Source: Camelus dromedarius
Lineage: Eukaryota
DNA length: 64,000 nt
Direction of reading: 5' to 3'
NCBI RefSeq assembly: GCF_036321535.1
Contig: NC_087437.1
Coordinates: 38,876,001-38,940,000, forward strand
Shown here piece by piece: positions 41,242 through 52,809 of the stretch; positions within the stretch are counted from its first letter, which is position 1; the number at the start of each line of letters is the position of its first letter. Made by a program: the position numbers and the translations under genes. The notes under the pieces are model-generated. The model worked only from the letters and a program-made list of their open reading frames with translations. It had not been told where the DNA came from and did not search any database.

Positions 41242-41330
41242 ATGACCTGGCGACTGTAGCTCTGGTGCTTCTGCGCCTGGGTGGCCGCCGGCTGGCCGCC
41301 AGGCAGCGCCCTTCAGCTCCGGCCGAGCAT
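41242..41330 (+). pseudogene. EGFEM1: First coding exon (signal peptide) of EGFEM1, EGF-like and EMI domain-containing protein 1, with an in-frame TAG at codon 6
   Basis: ATG at 41242 reads ATG ACC TGG CGA CTG TAG CTC TGG TGC TTC TGC GCC TGG GTG GCC GCC GGC TGG CCG CCA GGC AGC GCC CTT CAG CTC CGG CCG AGC AT|GTAAGT, i.e. MTWRL*LWCFCAWVAAGWPPGSALQLRPS(M). This is colinear with the mouse Egfem1 N-terminus as I recall it (MTSPLCFWCFCVWAAANWPPGSALQLQPGMPNVC) and with the LQPGMPHVC motif of MEGF6. It lies in a CpG island and ends at a phase-2 donor. Confidence 0.85.
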
Positions 41331-41336
41331 GTAAGT
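41331..41336 (+). other. EGFEM1: 5' splice donor of EGFEM1 exon 1
   Basis: CAT|GTAAGT is a perfect intronic consensus hexamer and splits the conserved Met codon (AT|G). Confidence 0.85.
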
Positions 41337-41627
41337 GGTACCCGCGCGCTCCGTGACGCGTGGGGAGAGCCGGCCCTGTGCGCCTCCTCCCACCGCGGAC
41401 TTGCTGCGGCCCCTGCGACCCGAGCCGTTCCCTCCGGGAAGGGGTGCAGGGCGTGAGCTGCCAGCGGGCAGCGGGCGGGGTCCGTGGGCTGTCCCAGACC
41501 GAGCGCGGCGAGAGCGCGGTCCCCAGCGCGTCCTCGGGCAGAGACCGCTATCCAGGGCTGTGTGCTTCCTACCTGACTGATACTTTCTCAGCTGCTGACA
41601 GAATTTCACCACCTCCCACCCCCGCCC

Positions 41628-41628
<1 letters not shown>

Positions 41629-41671
<43 letters not shown>

Positions 41672-41684
41672 CGTGTGTGTGTGT
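41629..41684. repeat. Compound microsatellite (GT)17(GC)5(GT)6
   Basis: 56 bp of uninterrupted purine-pyrimidine alternation, read directly. Confidence 0.95.
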
Positions 41685-44600
41685 AAGAGAGAGAGTTAAT
41701 TTCCTGTTTGGAAGAGTAATTGACTAATTACAAGTTCCACTTTCTGAAAGGGTTTTGAAAGAAATCATGTTGAACAGAGAGTTTCTTGACATGTTCTTTC
41801 TAGAGACCAATGATCTATATCTATCTATCATTTATTATTATTATTATTTTCTGGAGAAGTATCTCATAGTCCGGAGGAGTGGGTTATTCCACAGGTTTGA
41901 TGAGAGGCGAATCCTGCCCAGCTCATTTGCCGAAGTGAGGAGCTGGGGAGGCGAGTATGTCAAGGGCTGAATGCGCGGCCACTTAGATGCTAACCCGGTT
42001 AGGAGAGAACTACAGAATGGGGAGATGACAGAAACGCATCCTCTGAGGATGGGGCATGGTTTTATTTCCAGATTAGAAGTGATGAACGCTAGGAGATACT
42101 CATTCTTGTTCACTGTGTCAAGCATAGCGAGAAGCTCAGGGGAAGTCTGAATGTTTACCAATTGCTGGGTCGCCTTGACTGCCTGAAGAAGTTTGCACTG
42201 AATTCTGTAGCATCAGTGGGATCATCCCCTAACTGTCTGAGACAGAAGCCAAATCTAATTCGGCTTTTCCTTTCTGCTCTTGAGCGGTTATGAATAGACG
42301 CCAGAGGATTTTGAACATTTAAATGTGTATGCTACTTCTTTGCTTCATCTTTGATTTTCTGAAATGTGAATGCTTCATAACGGAAAAATGGTTTATATAA
42401 GTACACAAAGCCATCTATACCTTTCTGGGTCTTGACTTTTTATTGTCAGAAAAATACTATTTTTGGATTCACTTTCTATTTCCCTATTTCATCCTTCTTA
42501 TGTGAGATTCAATTTGCTACCTGGTTACTGCAAATGTCACTAACTATAAATCTTGAGACATGGCCAGGGTGCAGTGACATCGTAGAACTTCTTTCCTACA
42601 TAGTTTGTAAATACATTTTTGGCAGAAATGCAAGGAGTTTCTGGGTAGGTGATTTCTCTTACATTGATAAGATGTATCTTGTTTATTTGAAGAGAAGGTT
42701 GATTTAAGCTTTTCCTCTCCAGTTTATCTCAGAAAACACATCTTACTTTGGATAGCTTGTGTGTGTGCATAAGCCTCCATTTCTTAGACACTGCTTTTTA
42801 GCAAGCTTGCTGGCTAGCCATGCTCTTACCTTTATCAGTGCTGTTATTAAAGTGGACCCTAGCTGGCTTATAGGTATCTACCCATGCACATGAGACAGAA
42901 TAATCCCTTTGGGGGGCACTGAGAAATAACAGAAATACCACGACACTTTTTATGTTGCTTAGCTGTTTTACCTTTTTTTTAGTATTGATACTTTTGTTGA
43001 AAAGGCTAGAAGGATGACATTGCATTTTTTTAAAGGACACTGCTACTGTAGCTCATTTATCAGGTGACATGAGATTGGATATTAAAACCAATATAAATTC
43101 TTGGGTGTTTAATAGAGATGCTGTTTCTGGGAGTTATTGAGATCACTCTGATGACTTGTAGTACTTTCTGAAAACTGGATGGGAAGAATCCAATCAAATT
43201 TTTATTTAGTCTTCCCTGGTATTAGAGTTAATGGTTTCTTCAGCAGAAACCATGTTGGAATTTAGTGCTCGGTTTTTACAGATGCCTTTGCAATTGTTGT
43301 AGGCATGCAGAATCCAACCAGGTATAGCACTTGGCTTCCACACACCTGTCTATCTATTAAATTGAAGAGAATTCTTCCTGAGATTTTTATTGACCTCTGA
43401 AATCCATTATCGGTGAGAGTAGGCTTCTAATGAGGTGGGGACCACTAATGAGAATGCATCATCCTGCTGACTGGCACTTATAGGTCATTAACACAGGTAA
43501 AAGTTTCATGCAGCTGATATTGCACTTGAGCAGATTTTGGAGCTGGGGTGACACTGAAAAGAGAAAATGACTGTGCAGCTAAATAATGGCGTGCCTGAAT
43601 GTAATGCATTGTATTTATGGTACATTCCTCCACAGATAAGCTCCTTTCCAAAGGAAATTTTATTAACGAGGCAAAACATGTATGGCATCCAGGTCCTCCA
43701 ACTCTCATGATAATTGATCTGTCTGATGACCTTATCTTATCACATTTAGGAAACCTTGTATAACTAAGGTTAGACAAATTGATAAAATCCGTATTCCACA
43801 GAGTGCCTCAGTACCTATTATGCCTGTTGACATTGGAAATCACAGGTAATTAATGCTTAACCTGTTTGAATTCTTAACTTAGAAGCCAGGCAAATTTCTA
43901 ACTACTTTATTTGTATTATTTTATTCTATCCTGGAAATAGCCCTACAAGGTATGCCCTATTTTCGTCTCCATTTATGATGAAGAAAGAGACACAGTAATG
44001 TTAGGTTCATACTCCAGGAATTCAAAAGATTTGGATCCAAGCAGTTTGAATTCCCGTGCCAGAGTTCTTAAAAAATACAGTACCTTTCAGAGCACTCAGG
44101 CCCAGCTTGTGTTTCTAAGAAGTTCTTTGTAATCACTGCCTGGGGTTCTCAGTGGGAGTGTGGTTGGTACCTTCTACCTAGTGTTATTAAGGAACCTGTG
44201 GGGCTTTTTGGACGGATGTGGAAGGTGCAAGTTTCTATTGGCATTTGGTACTAGGTATGGAGGTGAGTTGGGGTACTAATTGTCCTGTAGTGGCTAAGAT
44301 CATTCGTCACAAGGAACATGTGATTTCTCTCCTCCTCACTGAGTCTTTTCATAAGAAATTATCCTGCTGTCTCATGGCTGTAGGTATTTAAGTATTAAAA
44401 TGATGGGCTAGGCTTCAACTGGGAATTGTGGACTGAGAAAAGCTATCCTTGGCAAGTACATTATGAATTGGAGGGTTGTAACTGGTGATGGCATTTTGAT
44501 AAAGGGATATTGAAGAGTTTACTTATGTTAATGGTACTCTGCAAATATTTTCTAAAGGATTAAATAGACAAAAATAAACTCCACTCCAGATCTTTGAGAC

Positions 44601-45494
44601 ATCAAAGGAAATTGACTGGCTGTAACGCACTCTATTAAAATTTATCCTTTCTAACGCTCTCTTGTAAACACTTGCATAATTATTGTATACGACATGATGG
44701 AAGTAGTAAGCTTGGGTGTGCAGCAGATAGATACCATGCAGGCCGAAGTATATAAAGGCTGATCCAGTCGCTGAAGTTCCTGGGACTTGAGATAGAGCCA
44801 AGTAGAGAAGGCTATGTGACACTTGGGGGGAGTTTTAAAAAGGTGTGGCCACTTGGTGACTCAGCAGTCGCCTACACTGTTTAGGACATCTCACAGCCAG
44901 CCATTCCCTGCCGCAGGTATCCATCCAATACAGGTTGACGTACAAATCCAAAATGTGCCTGATGTGATACAATTTACCCACCCAACTGCAGCCCCAACAC
45001 ATGCATACGGAGCTGTTTCACCCCAGCCTTCTATAGCTGATGAGAAACGTGTCGTCAGAGTGGCAGAGGTTTAGATTTTTGAAGAATTGATGCATTTAGA
45101 AGTAGAAAAAAGTACAATGCTGTAATAAACTGTAATAATCCAGAATTGTGAAGGGGAATTGACAGAGTTGTTTCTTGCACCACACACCACGTTGGAATTT
45201 GTTTCGTTTTTTCCTTCTGATAAAGCAAGAGATTGAGCCAGTAAGAGATGTCTGGGGCTAGTAATAGTCTACTTTTAAATTTATAAATAATTTAACGTAG
45301 CCTATGGTCTGTCATTTACTCAGTGTACACAAGTTCAAAAATGTTTTTCTTTCTCGTGAGGTCAGCCACACTGAGTGAGTGTAAAGCCAAGTGGAGAAGG
45401 CTGTGTGCTCTCTCTATGGGCAAAGCTTTATTTCCAGCAGTTTGTGTTTATAAATATCTTTAATGCTAACAGCGATCATCTGAAGTAGATCATA

Positions 45495-45630
45495 CTGTCA
45501 TCTCTGTTTTCCAGACGAGGACACTGAGGCAGAGAGAGAGAGGTCAAGTAACTTGCCTGAAGTTTCATAGCTGAGATGTGGTGGGATGGGCTTCGGAGTG
45601 TTCTGTCTAACTCCAGAGCCTTGTTCCTCA
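45495..45630 (-). mobile_element. MIR SINE
   Basis: CAGACGAGGACACTGAGGCAGAGAGAGAGAGGTCAAGTAACTTGCCTGAAG. Confidence 0.8.
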
Positions 45631-45949
45631 ACACTCTTTCCTGTGCTAGTCCCTCTGCCCTTGACCTCTCCTTCCTCGGTTCTCAAATTACCAGCCTCCC
45701 TGGTCCTCCTACTGTATTCAGCAATAGCTTACTCTTTCTCCTGTTGCCCCAAGTGGCCCTAAACTTCACCTCTGCCGTGTAGTTTTAGCAGTCAGCGTTA
45801 ACCCGTACTGTATTGATGACATTGACCTGATATTATTTAATAGATAATACTTTGTCAGGCTCTGTGTCCTCAGCTTCAGTATATCTTTTTTATGCATCTT
45901 TACTTCTTTCTTACGTATCTCATGGGAAGAATTTTGCACTTTTTTTCAA

Positions 45950-47080
45950 AGTAATCCCTTCCCTATATGTCCCACATTCCATCTTAAATTTTTTTCTCTA
46001 TTAGTCATCTCTTTTTTGTATTGCCAACTCTTTTCTATTATTTTTCCCTTTTCCCCCCATGTGTCCAAGTCTCCCTTTCTGTGTCTCTCTCCTTTCCATG
46101 TTTATGATCTGTCTGTGTCCATATGTGGATCTGTCTTGACCTTGCTTCTTTTCTCCTTCACCTTCAGTTTCTCAAGAACAGCTCTTTGATGCTTGTCAGT
46201 GACCTTATCACTGATCATTGAACCCACTGCAGTCTGGCCTTCTCTGCTAAAATTCCTTCTCAGAGGCTGCCTTTTTTTCAGAGCTCACCCCACTCTCATT
46301 TTTCTGTAGCATATATATTACTGGCTATTCCTCTTCCCCGCTTCTCTGCTGGTCCTTTTCCTTTGTACACACGCTCAGCATCATCTGCAGTTCTTCTTAT
46401 GCACTGGCGCCTGCTTTCTCTCACCTTCTATCTTTACTTCTCTTCCCATTCTGTATGCTTTACCTGGTTTATCTCTTTCTTTTCATGGGCTTCCATCATA
46501 TGTTCTATTTTGAGGAAACCCAGATTCGTGCATCCAGCCCTGCTCTCTTCAGAGCCGCAGACTTGCATTTTCAACTATAGAATCATTATCACTCTGGGTC
46601 TGAGACTTAGAGTGTCCATAGAGCATCTCTGGTTATCATCGTCTCCCCCAACATTTTCTCCCTCTGTGCTGCTTGCCTCATCTTTGAAATCGTGTATCTG
46701 TCACTTTTCTCCCAGTTTACCTTGGGCTTTAGGTGAGATGATCATGAAAAGGCCTTTGAGTATGATGACGGGATAACTTAAAATTAATATTTATATTCCT
46801 ATCAGGTGCCAAATTCTATAAACACCAGCAATGAAATATCTCTTGAATGAGTTCTCTTTCCTGTTGCCATCACTCAAGCCCAGCCATCTCATTTTGTCTC
46901 CTGGACAATTTCAGTTGTTTCTTGGATGGTCTTGTGTTTCCCAATCTCTCCATCCTCTTCATTTTTTATTATATATACAATTTAATTTCTATCAGAGTTT
47001 GTTTCTAAAGCAAAGTCCTACTAACCTCATTTCCTTTCTTAAAAACATTGTGCACAGAATAAAGTTCAAGCATCAGAATG
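45950..47080 (+). mobile_element. L2 LINE relic
   Basis: Pyrimidine-rich with L2 phrases (AACCCACTGCAGTCTGGC, CAGACTTGCATTTTCAACT). Confidence 0.6.
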
Positions 47081-47441
47081 TTATTCTTAAATTGCACTTA
47101 TTAAATGCCAGGAACAATTTAAGGACTTTCCATATTTTAACTTATTTAGTCCTCACAACCCTATCAGAAGGTAATATTAGTACTACATTTCATAATAAGG
47201 AAATTGAGATCCAGGGAAGTTAAGGTTTTCCAGAGAAATTGCATATATGGGTATGAAGCTCAGGAAAGTTTATGTAGTTAATAATTTTCAAAGCTAGGAA
47301 TATGAACCTAGTCTGTTTGACGGTAGAATCTGCGCTCATAACTATTACACTGTATTTAAGATTTTATCTTTCTGGTATTATTCAGTTTCATAAACGTTTA
47401 TTGAGCGATTAAAGTTTTTTTTCCTTTAGCTCCCTTCTCCT

Positions 47442-47948
47442 TGTCAAGAACTATGAAGTGTATAAGATTTTACTCTATGTGCAGGGTAACAAGTTAGTCT
47501 GCCACAGTTCATAGCTGCTTTTGGAAGACATGAGACTCCTGGATCAGAGACAAAGGACTTTCTTAGTCACGTCAAAACAGGTAGCATGAGTTCGGGTTTG
47601 CATTGACTCCCCTCCCCTCCCCATATTCCATGTGGCAATCAGGAGGGGCCCAAATGTAGACTGTGCACACAGTGCATCTGTGTCACAGCTGAGGAACCCA
47701 GGCTTTAAAAAACTTCTAATATTATAAAAGGGCTGCTGGCAAACTTGCCCAGCTTTTGCCCTTAAAGGGAGATATCATCTTTATTACCCTGCTCAGGAAA
47801 CAAGTCTGACCTCAGCCCTGGCAGGACATACTCTCCAAATCTTCCAAGGCTGTTTTCTATACAAACATCCTTCTAAAACAAAAGCCATCAAAGCTTCTTC
47901 ACAAGATATGCAGAAATGAAAGAGGCCTTGAAGAATTGTCCCCCAGTA
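47442..47948 (-). mobile_element. ERV1-class solo LTR (MER34/MER39-like), antisense in intron 1
   Basis: TAACAAGTTAGTCTGCCACAG...GAAGACATGAGACTCCTGGATCAGAGACAAAGGACTTT...CTTCCAAGGCTGTTTTCTATACAAACATCCTT...GAAGAATTGTCCCCCA. Confidence 0.8.
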
Positions 47949-48224
47949 CAGTACTCCTAACATTTTCCTTCCCCATTTCAGCAGCATGAACTTTGCAAAA
48001 GCGTAAATCTAGTTTTGTTCTCTTTTGTTAAATCCAGCACTTGATTTTCCAGTTCTTTTTCAATAGATGGGAAGACTCTGGAACTAGATGAACACAGAGG
48101 TTTAATGAGCTGACTCATGGGGCTCTGTTCAAATCCCAAGTATCTGTCTTTTCTCCACTGAAGCTAAAGTCAGATCACTAACCTAGTTGCTTCATATGTA
48201 GCTGATTTCTTTTCTTGTTACTTC

Positions 48225-49400
48225 CATTTGACAAATATTTATTCAACGTCAAGTACTTTGCTGGGCTTTGGGGATACAGACAGGAAAGGGTGATCCCCTG
48301 TCCTTGAGCAACTCAAAGACTTAGGGGGAGATCAAAGAACAGACCAGAGCCTAGTCAAGCAAAAGTTGGCAGAGGTGTCACCTGGCTGGAGGGAAGAAAG
48401 AAACCAAGGGCTCAGTGTAGGTTTTTAAGTTAATTTTTCTTAGCTGATTCACTGAGTAGAGATTGGGTGGATGGTAAAGGTGGTGTTGGTGATGGTGTGT
48501 TCTGGTTTGTGAGAAGAGCATGTACAAGTAGAAGGAGGTGAGATCTCTCCTTTAAAAAAAGAAAACCCATAAATCATTTTCTTAATGGTATGTCTGGAGG
48601 GAAGAATATGAAAGGAGTTGCAGTGGAAGACGAGTTTAGGGCAGCCGTGAGGGGATAGTTCAGGAAGGGTCTTACATATCAAGTTGAGAACCATGGACTT
48701 TTCAGGGGACCAAGGAGGAGTCAGGAAGTGACTGACTAAAAGCAGGGGAGGGACCTAATCAGATCTGTGTTTATTGACTGAAGAGTGGGCTGGAGAGGGA
48801 AGAAGCCAGCAGTGAGGAGCCCAATCAGGAGATTCCTTCAGTAGCAGAGGAGCAGTGACACGAGTCTTACAAACAAACGAAATGGTGGTAGTGATGAAAG
48901 GGAGGAACAGATTCCGAAGATTACAACCAGGAAGAGTTGATGAATGTGTGGAAGCGAGGGTGTGAGAGAGAAAGGCTTGAGGCGGCCTCTGGGTAATGGA
49001 GAAAATCAGAAACTTAGGAGAGGGAGGAGCTTGAAGGGAGAGGAGGGCAGGTTCAGCGGTGACCATGCAGGCACTTAGGTGTCTGTGGGACCTCAGGTGG
49101 CAATGTTCTGGGGATGCTCCACAGAGGGGTCTGAGGCCGGGAGAGTGGTCTGCGCTAGGGCTGTATGTGGGCAATGAAGTGACAGGCGACAAGCACGTAT
49201 AAAAAGTGAGAAGAAAAGATTACTGAGGAAGAAAACTTGGGGAATTTTAATATAGGAGAGGAGGACAGATGAAAAAGGAACCAAGGAGATTAAGAAACTG
49301 AGAAGGAAGGAGAGGGTGTATGTGCCAGGGAAGGTCTCAGGGATGTAAAATAAAAGAGGAAAATGGAGGGTGTCGCTACTGAAAAGTAATTGACTTGGAG
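48225..49400 (-). mobile_element. L2 LINE relic
   Basis: Starts with an antisense L2 3' end (ACAAATATTTATTCAA...CTGGGCTTTGGGGATACAG); purine-rich body with ATCAGATCTGTGTTT. Confidence 0.7.
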
Positions 49401-50805
49401 TTACCCAAACAAACCCGATGGGAAGAACTGTGTTTCAGTCAAGCACTTAACTCTGGCAGCCATCACTTTGGTCATGGTGACAAGAAGTGGAAACTCCTGG
49501 AGAGTCTGCGTTCTTGCCTGACGAAACATTTATTCTGTATCCACCATCATTCTCAGTCTCATTATTCCCATTGCGGGAAATGACAGGAGAAAGGACTTCC
49601 TGCTGTCCTACTCCAGCAGAGCTAATTACAAATGGGACACAATTTAAGATCAACTCATAATACCCAAGGCAGTTTCCTTGATTCTGCAGAGATTGTAAAG
49701 ATGGGTCAGATAAAGTCTTCACCCCTAAGGAACTTCTAAAACTGTGTTCTTTGTTGTAGGATAGTTAAGTGCCAGAAAGGACTTAGACCAAAATATTACT
49801 GTAAGGAAGGGGAAACCAAATTCACGAGAGGAAATCTTGGAAAGCTTCATGGAAGTGGTGGCATAGGAAGGTGAGGTAGGATTCGGCGCAGAAGAGCGTT
49901 CATTCCAGGGAGAGAACAGAGCACGGTAAGGCCTTAGAGGTTGTTGGAAGGGCAGAGTATCTTCCGGGGGTGATACACACTGTGGGTGGATGGTGTTGCC
50001 ATCAGTGCCCCCATGCACTTGCTGCTCTGTCCTCACCAGGGTACCCCAGGGACCCCCAGATGCACGCTATATTTTCCTTTACTCTCAGTGAACTTCCTGC
50101 CTCCTTCATCTCTTCCAGGCTAATCTCAATGACCCAGCACAGAAGTCATCTATTTCACAGATAGTCCCAGGTCCCTCAGATAGGATGAATTGAATGTATG
50201 TCTGTCTCAGCAACCTGAAGTGACATTTGCATTTGTCATAGGTATGTGAAGATCTCTAGTTTCTTTAAACAAATCTGTTTGATAACCATGTGATAATGAT
50301 GAGGACATGTTTGGAATAAGTAAAGGCTTTTCCAGCCAACTGTTTGAAAAGTCAGCTCCTGGTATATAAATTATGTGGCTTGTCGACTCGTGATCTGGGA
50401 AATGTTTTCTGTCACTCTTCAGTGGACAGTTTTCAGTGATGTTAAGTGTTCTTCCTCACTGATATGGTTAATTAAGAATTGACAGTAATTCTGAGCTTTA
50501 GTGGTTTTTACTCTTGAGGGAGGAGGTAATCCCAGGAGACTTGAGGCTTGGTTTCTCTGAATTACTAAGAAAACTATTTTCAGAGTCTAGTCTAGTGGAT
50601 AAGGATCAGGAGAAAGGCAACCTGATTTTGAATTTTTCTTTTCTGGATCTCAAAGTACTAATCTTCATTTGCAGTACTTTTAGATTTTTGTTACACTATA
50701 AAGAGTTTGATTTACAGACAGAATTATGTGATAATAGAAGAATAGTCCAATTCAATTGATTCTTTATTTATCGTGGAGTTTAAACAAATTTTGACTATTC
50801 CAGCT

Positions 50806-50954
50806 TACAGAGTCCCAAAGATAAGGAAACTGTTCTCAGCATGAATAAACTGGGAATGTATCTTGACATCAAAAATTTATTTTCTAATGCCTTTCACGGT
50901 TTACTCATGCTGAGAACCACTTCTTATCTTTTGAACTTTTGAACTCTCTCTGTA
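50806..50954. mobile_element. ~150-bp palindromic element, candidate Tc1/mariner-type MITE
   Basis: Left arm AAAGATAAGGAAACTGTTCTCAGCATGAATAAACTG pairs with the right arm, whose reverse complement is AAAGATAAGAAGTGGTTCTCAGCATGAGTAAACCG. Outer ends TA-CAG ... CTG-TA. Confidence 0.65.
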
Positions 50955-52809
50955 TCGGGATGAGCAAAAATGAACACGGGTTTCCTTTCAGTGGACTGAA
51001 ATACCCCACGTAAAATAAAACAAGTAGAAACTCAAGACGCAGCAATACACACTGGCCAATTATGTGATAACAGAATAGAATTTGTATTGCGCTTTAGGCA
51101 TGTGATATGCAATACTGAAATGAATTTTGAAATAAGAAACACAATAGGCAGCGGCCATTAGAAGGTATGCCTCGCATCTCTTGTAAAGCACATCTTGCTT
51201 GAATTCAACTGACAGTAACAAGTTGGGACCAGGAAACAACTCAGTCAGCATTCTCCTTCCATAAATCTATTTACAGTAGAAACCCCGTTAACATTTTAAT
51301 TGTTGCACTGCTGAAGTTGCTTTCAGTGCCACCTTTAAAAGGGCTCAGGTTCGTTAAAATTTAAGCGATCGGGGAGTTTATATTCTAATGACCCTAGTGA
51401 TGGTTGTACAGGCTCTAAATATATTTGTGGCTCACTGGACAACTGAAAGGTTCTTTGCAGTGGCTGTGTGCTCCCTGTAGGTTCTTGCGTTGCCACATTT
51501 CCACCCCACCAGAAAACTCTCCCCGTTTCTCCCTCATCTGAATCCTAGGGTCTCCTGAAGTCCTGTTGAACATTTTCTGTCCATTTTTAATTAAGTGTCC
51601 ACATTAATTCTACAGCTAGATTTTCATTTCATTGAGGACAAAGCATACGCCCAATAATTGTTTGTCGAATTTAAACTAGTCACTGATAATCTACCTTCAA
51701 CCCATGTTTCTGCAGCTCCCTATTGCCCCCACAGATAAAAGAATGTACCCCAAACATGTTATTTATAAGCACTGGGACTTCTTGTCCTGGCTGTGCTACA
51801 CATTAGCTGGATAAGACTGTCACCTCTCTGGTCTCTAGTTTCTCATTTGTCTGTTAAGACAAATGTTTCAAGAGATGCATGTGCTTCAAGGATTAACCAG
51901 CTTTAAAATACGTCCCTAATGTGACTTGTTATATATAATTATTTAACACTGGCAATTTAAATGTAGGGAAAATGTCTGCCCAAGACGTTTTTTCTGTTTG
52001 ACTTTAGTCTGTGTTAAGTGATATAGTTAAAGATCATTTTTCCCTGAAGAATGTTTCTGGTTGATAATAATGAAATACTCTCATTTGCTTTTAGAGATAA
52101 AATATTTGATTTTCTAAGGGAAACTGAGATGGAGACATATAAAGACGGACACCAAAATGATCCCCTACACCATCAAGGTGCATTAAAAACCATGAAGATC
52201 CAAGACCATCTCACTGTAAATTGCTCCTTGGGGTGCTAAGGATCTATTCTTCATCCTGGGATTTGGTAGTGATATTAGGATACACATTATGCAACAACAG
52301 TGATAACTGGAAGCATGTGTTCACTTATCCTTTCTACCATGTGACTTGTGTGTGTTTATAAACCTGAAGAATGAGGTGAACCGTGTGGTTGTCAGTTTCT
52401 GGAAGTGTCTCCTATGGACTTTGCCCACACTGTATGTTCAGTTTTCTATTTTGCTTTTGAAAAATGGTTTTGGACTCACTGCCAGAAGATTTTGGTCAGT
52501 GGTAGTCAATAATGATCAGAGTAGATTTTAAGGAATCTTATGCCAAAACGGTGTCTTTAAAGGCCAAATCTGCACTAGACCTTCTTGAAATCCTTCTGTT
52601 TTAGGAGGTGTGTATACTCAGATTCACCAACTCTCTTTTGTCTTGTAATTTTCATAAATGTTATTTCTATTTCCAATAGCATTTTGTCTACATGGTATCA
52701 GCACACGAGCTGCCCTTTTTGTGCCTTTAATTATTGACCCATCTTAAATTTGCATAGTAGACTGGTTTACCTGACAGTGTGTGTTCAAGTCAAAAATAGT
52801 TTCATAATT

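Larger units (their letters stand above)
39930..41630. promoter_or_regulatory. CpG island / promoter of EGFEM1 (CpG lobe ~40030-40190, core ~40710-41630)
   Basis: Abrupt rise in GC and CpG density against an AT-rich, CpG-depleted background. Spans exon 1 and contains many GC-box-like G/C runs. Confidence 0.9.

Noticed and set aside
40780..41259. 159-codon + strand ORF in frame with EGFEM1 exon 1
   Set aside because: Starts at a non-ATG codon and is Gly/Ala/Arg/Pro-rich, as expected from stop-codon scarcity in a CpG island. Only the last few codons match the real gene.
41160..41456. ORF with a hydrophobic LATVALVLLRL stretch resembling a signal peptide
   Set aside because: An alternative frame of exon 1 that runs through the splice donor; the homologous peptide is in the frame containing the TAG.
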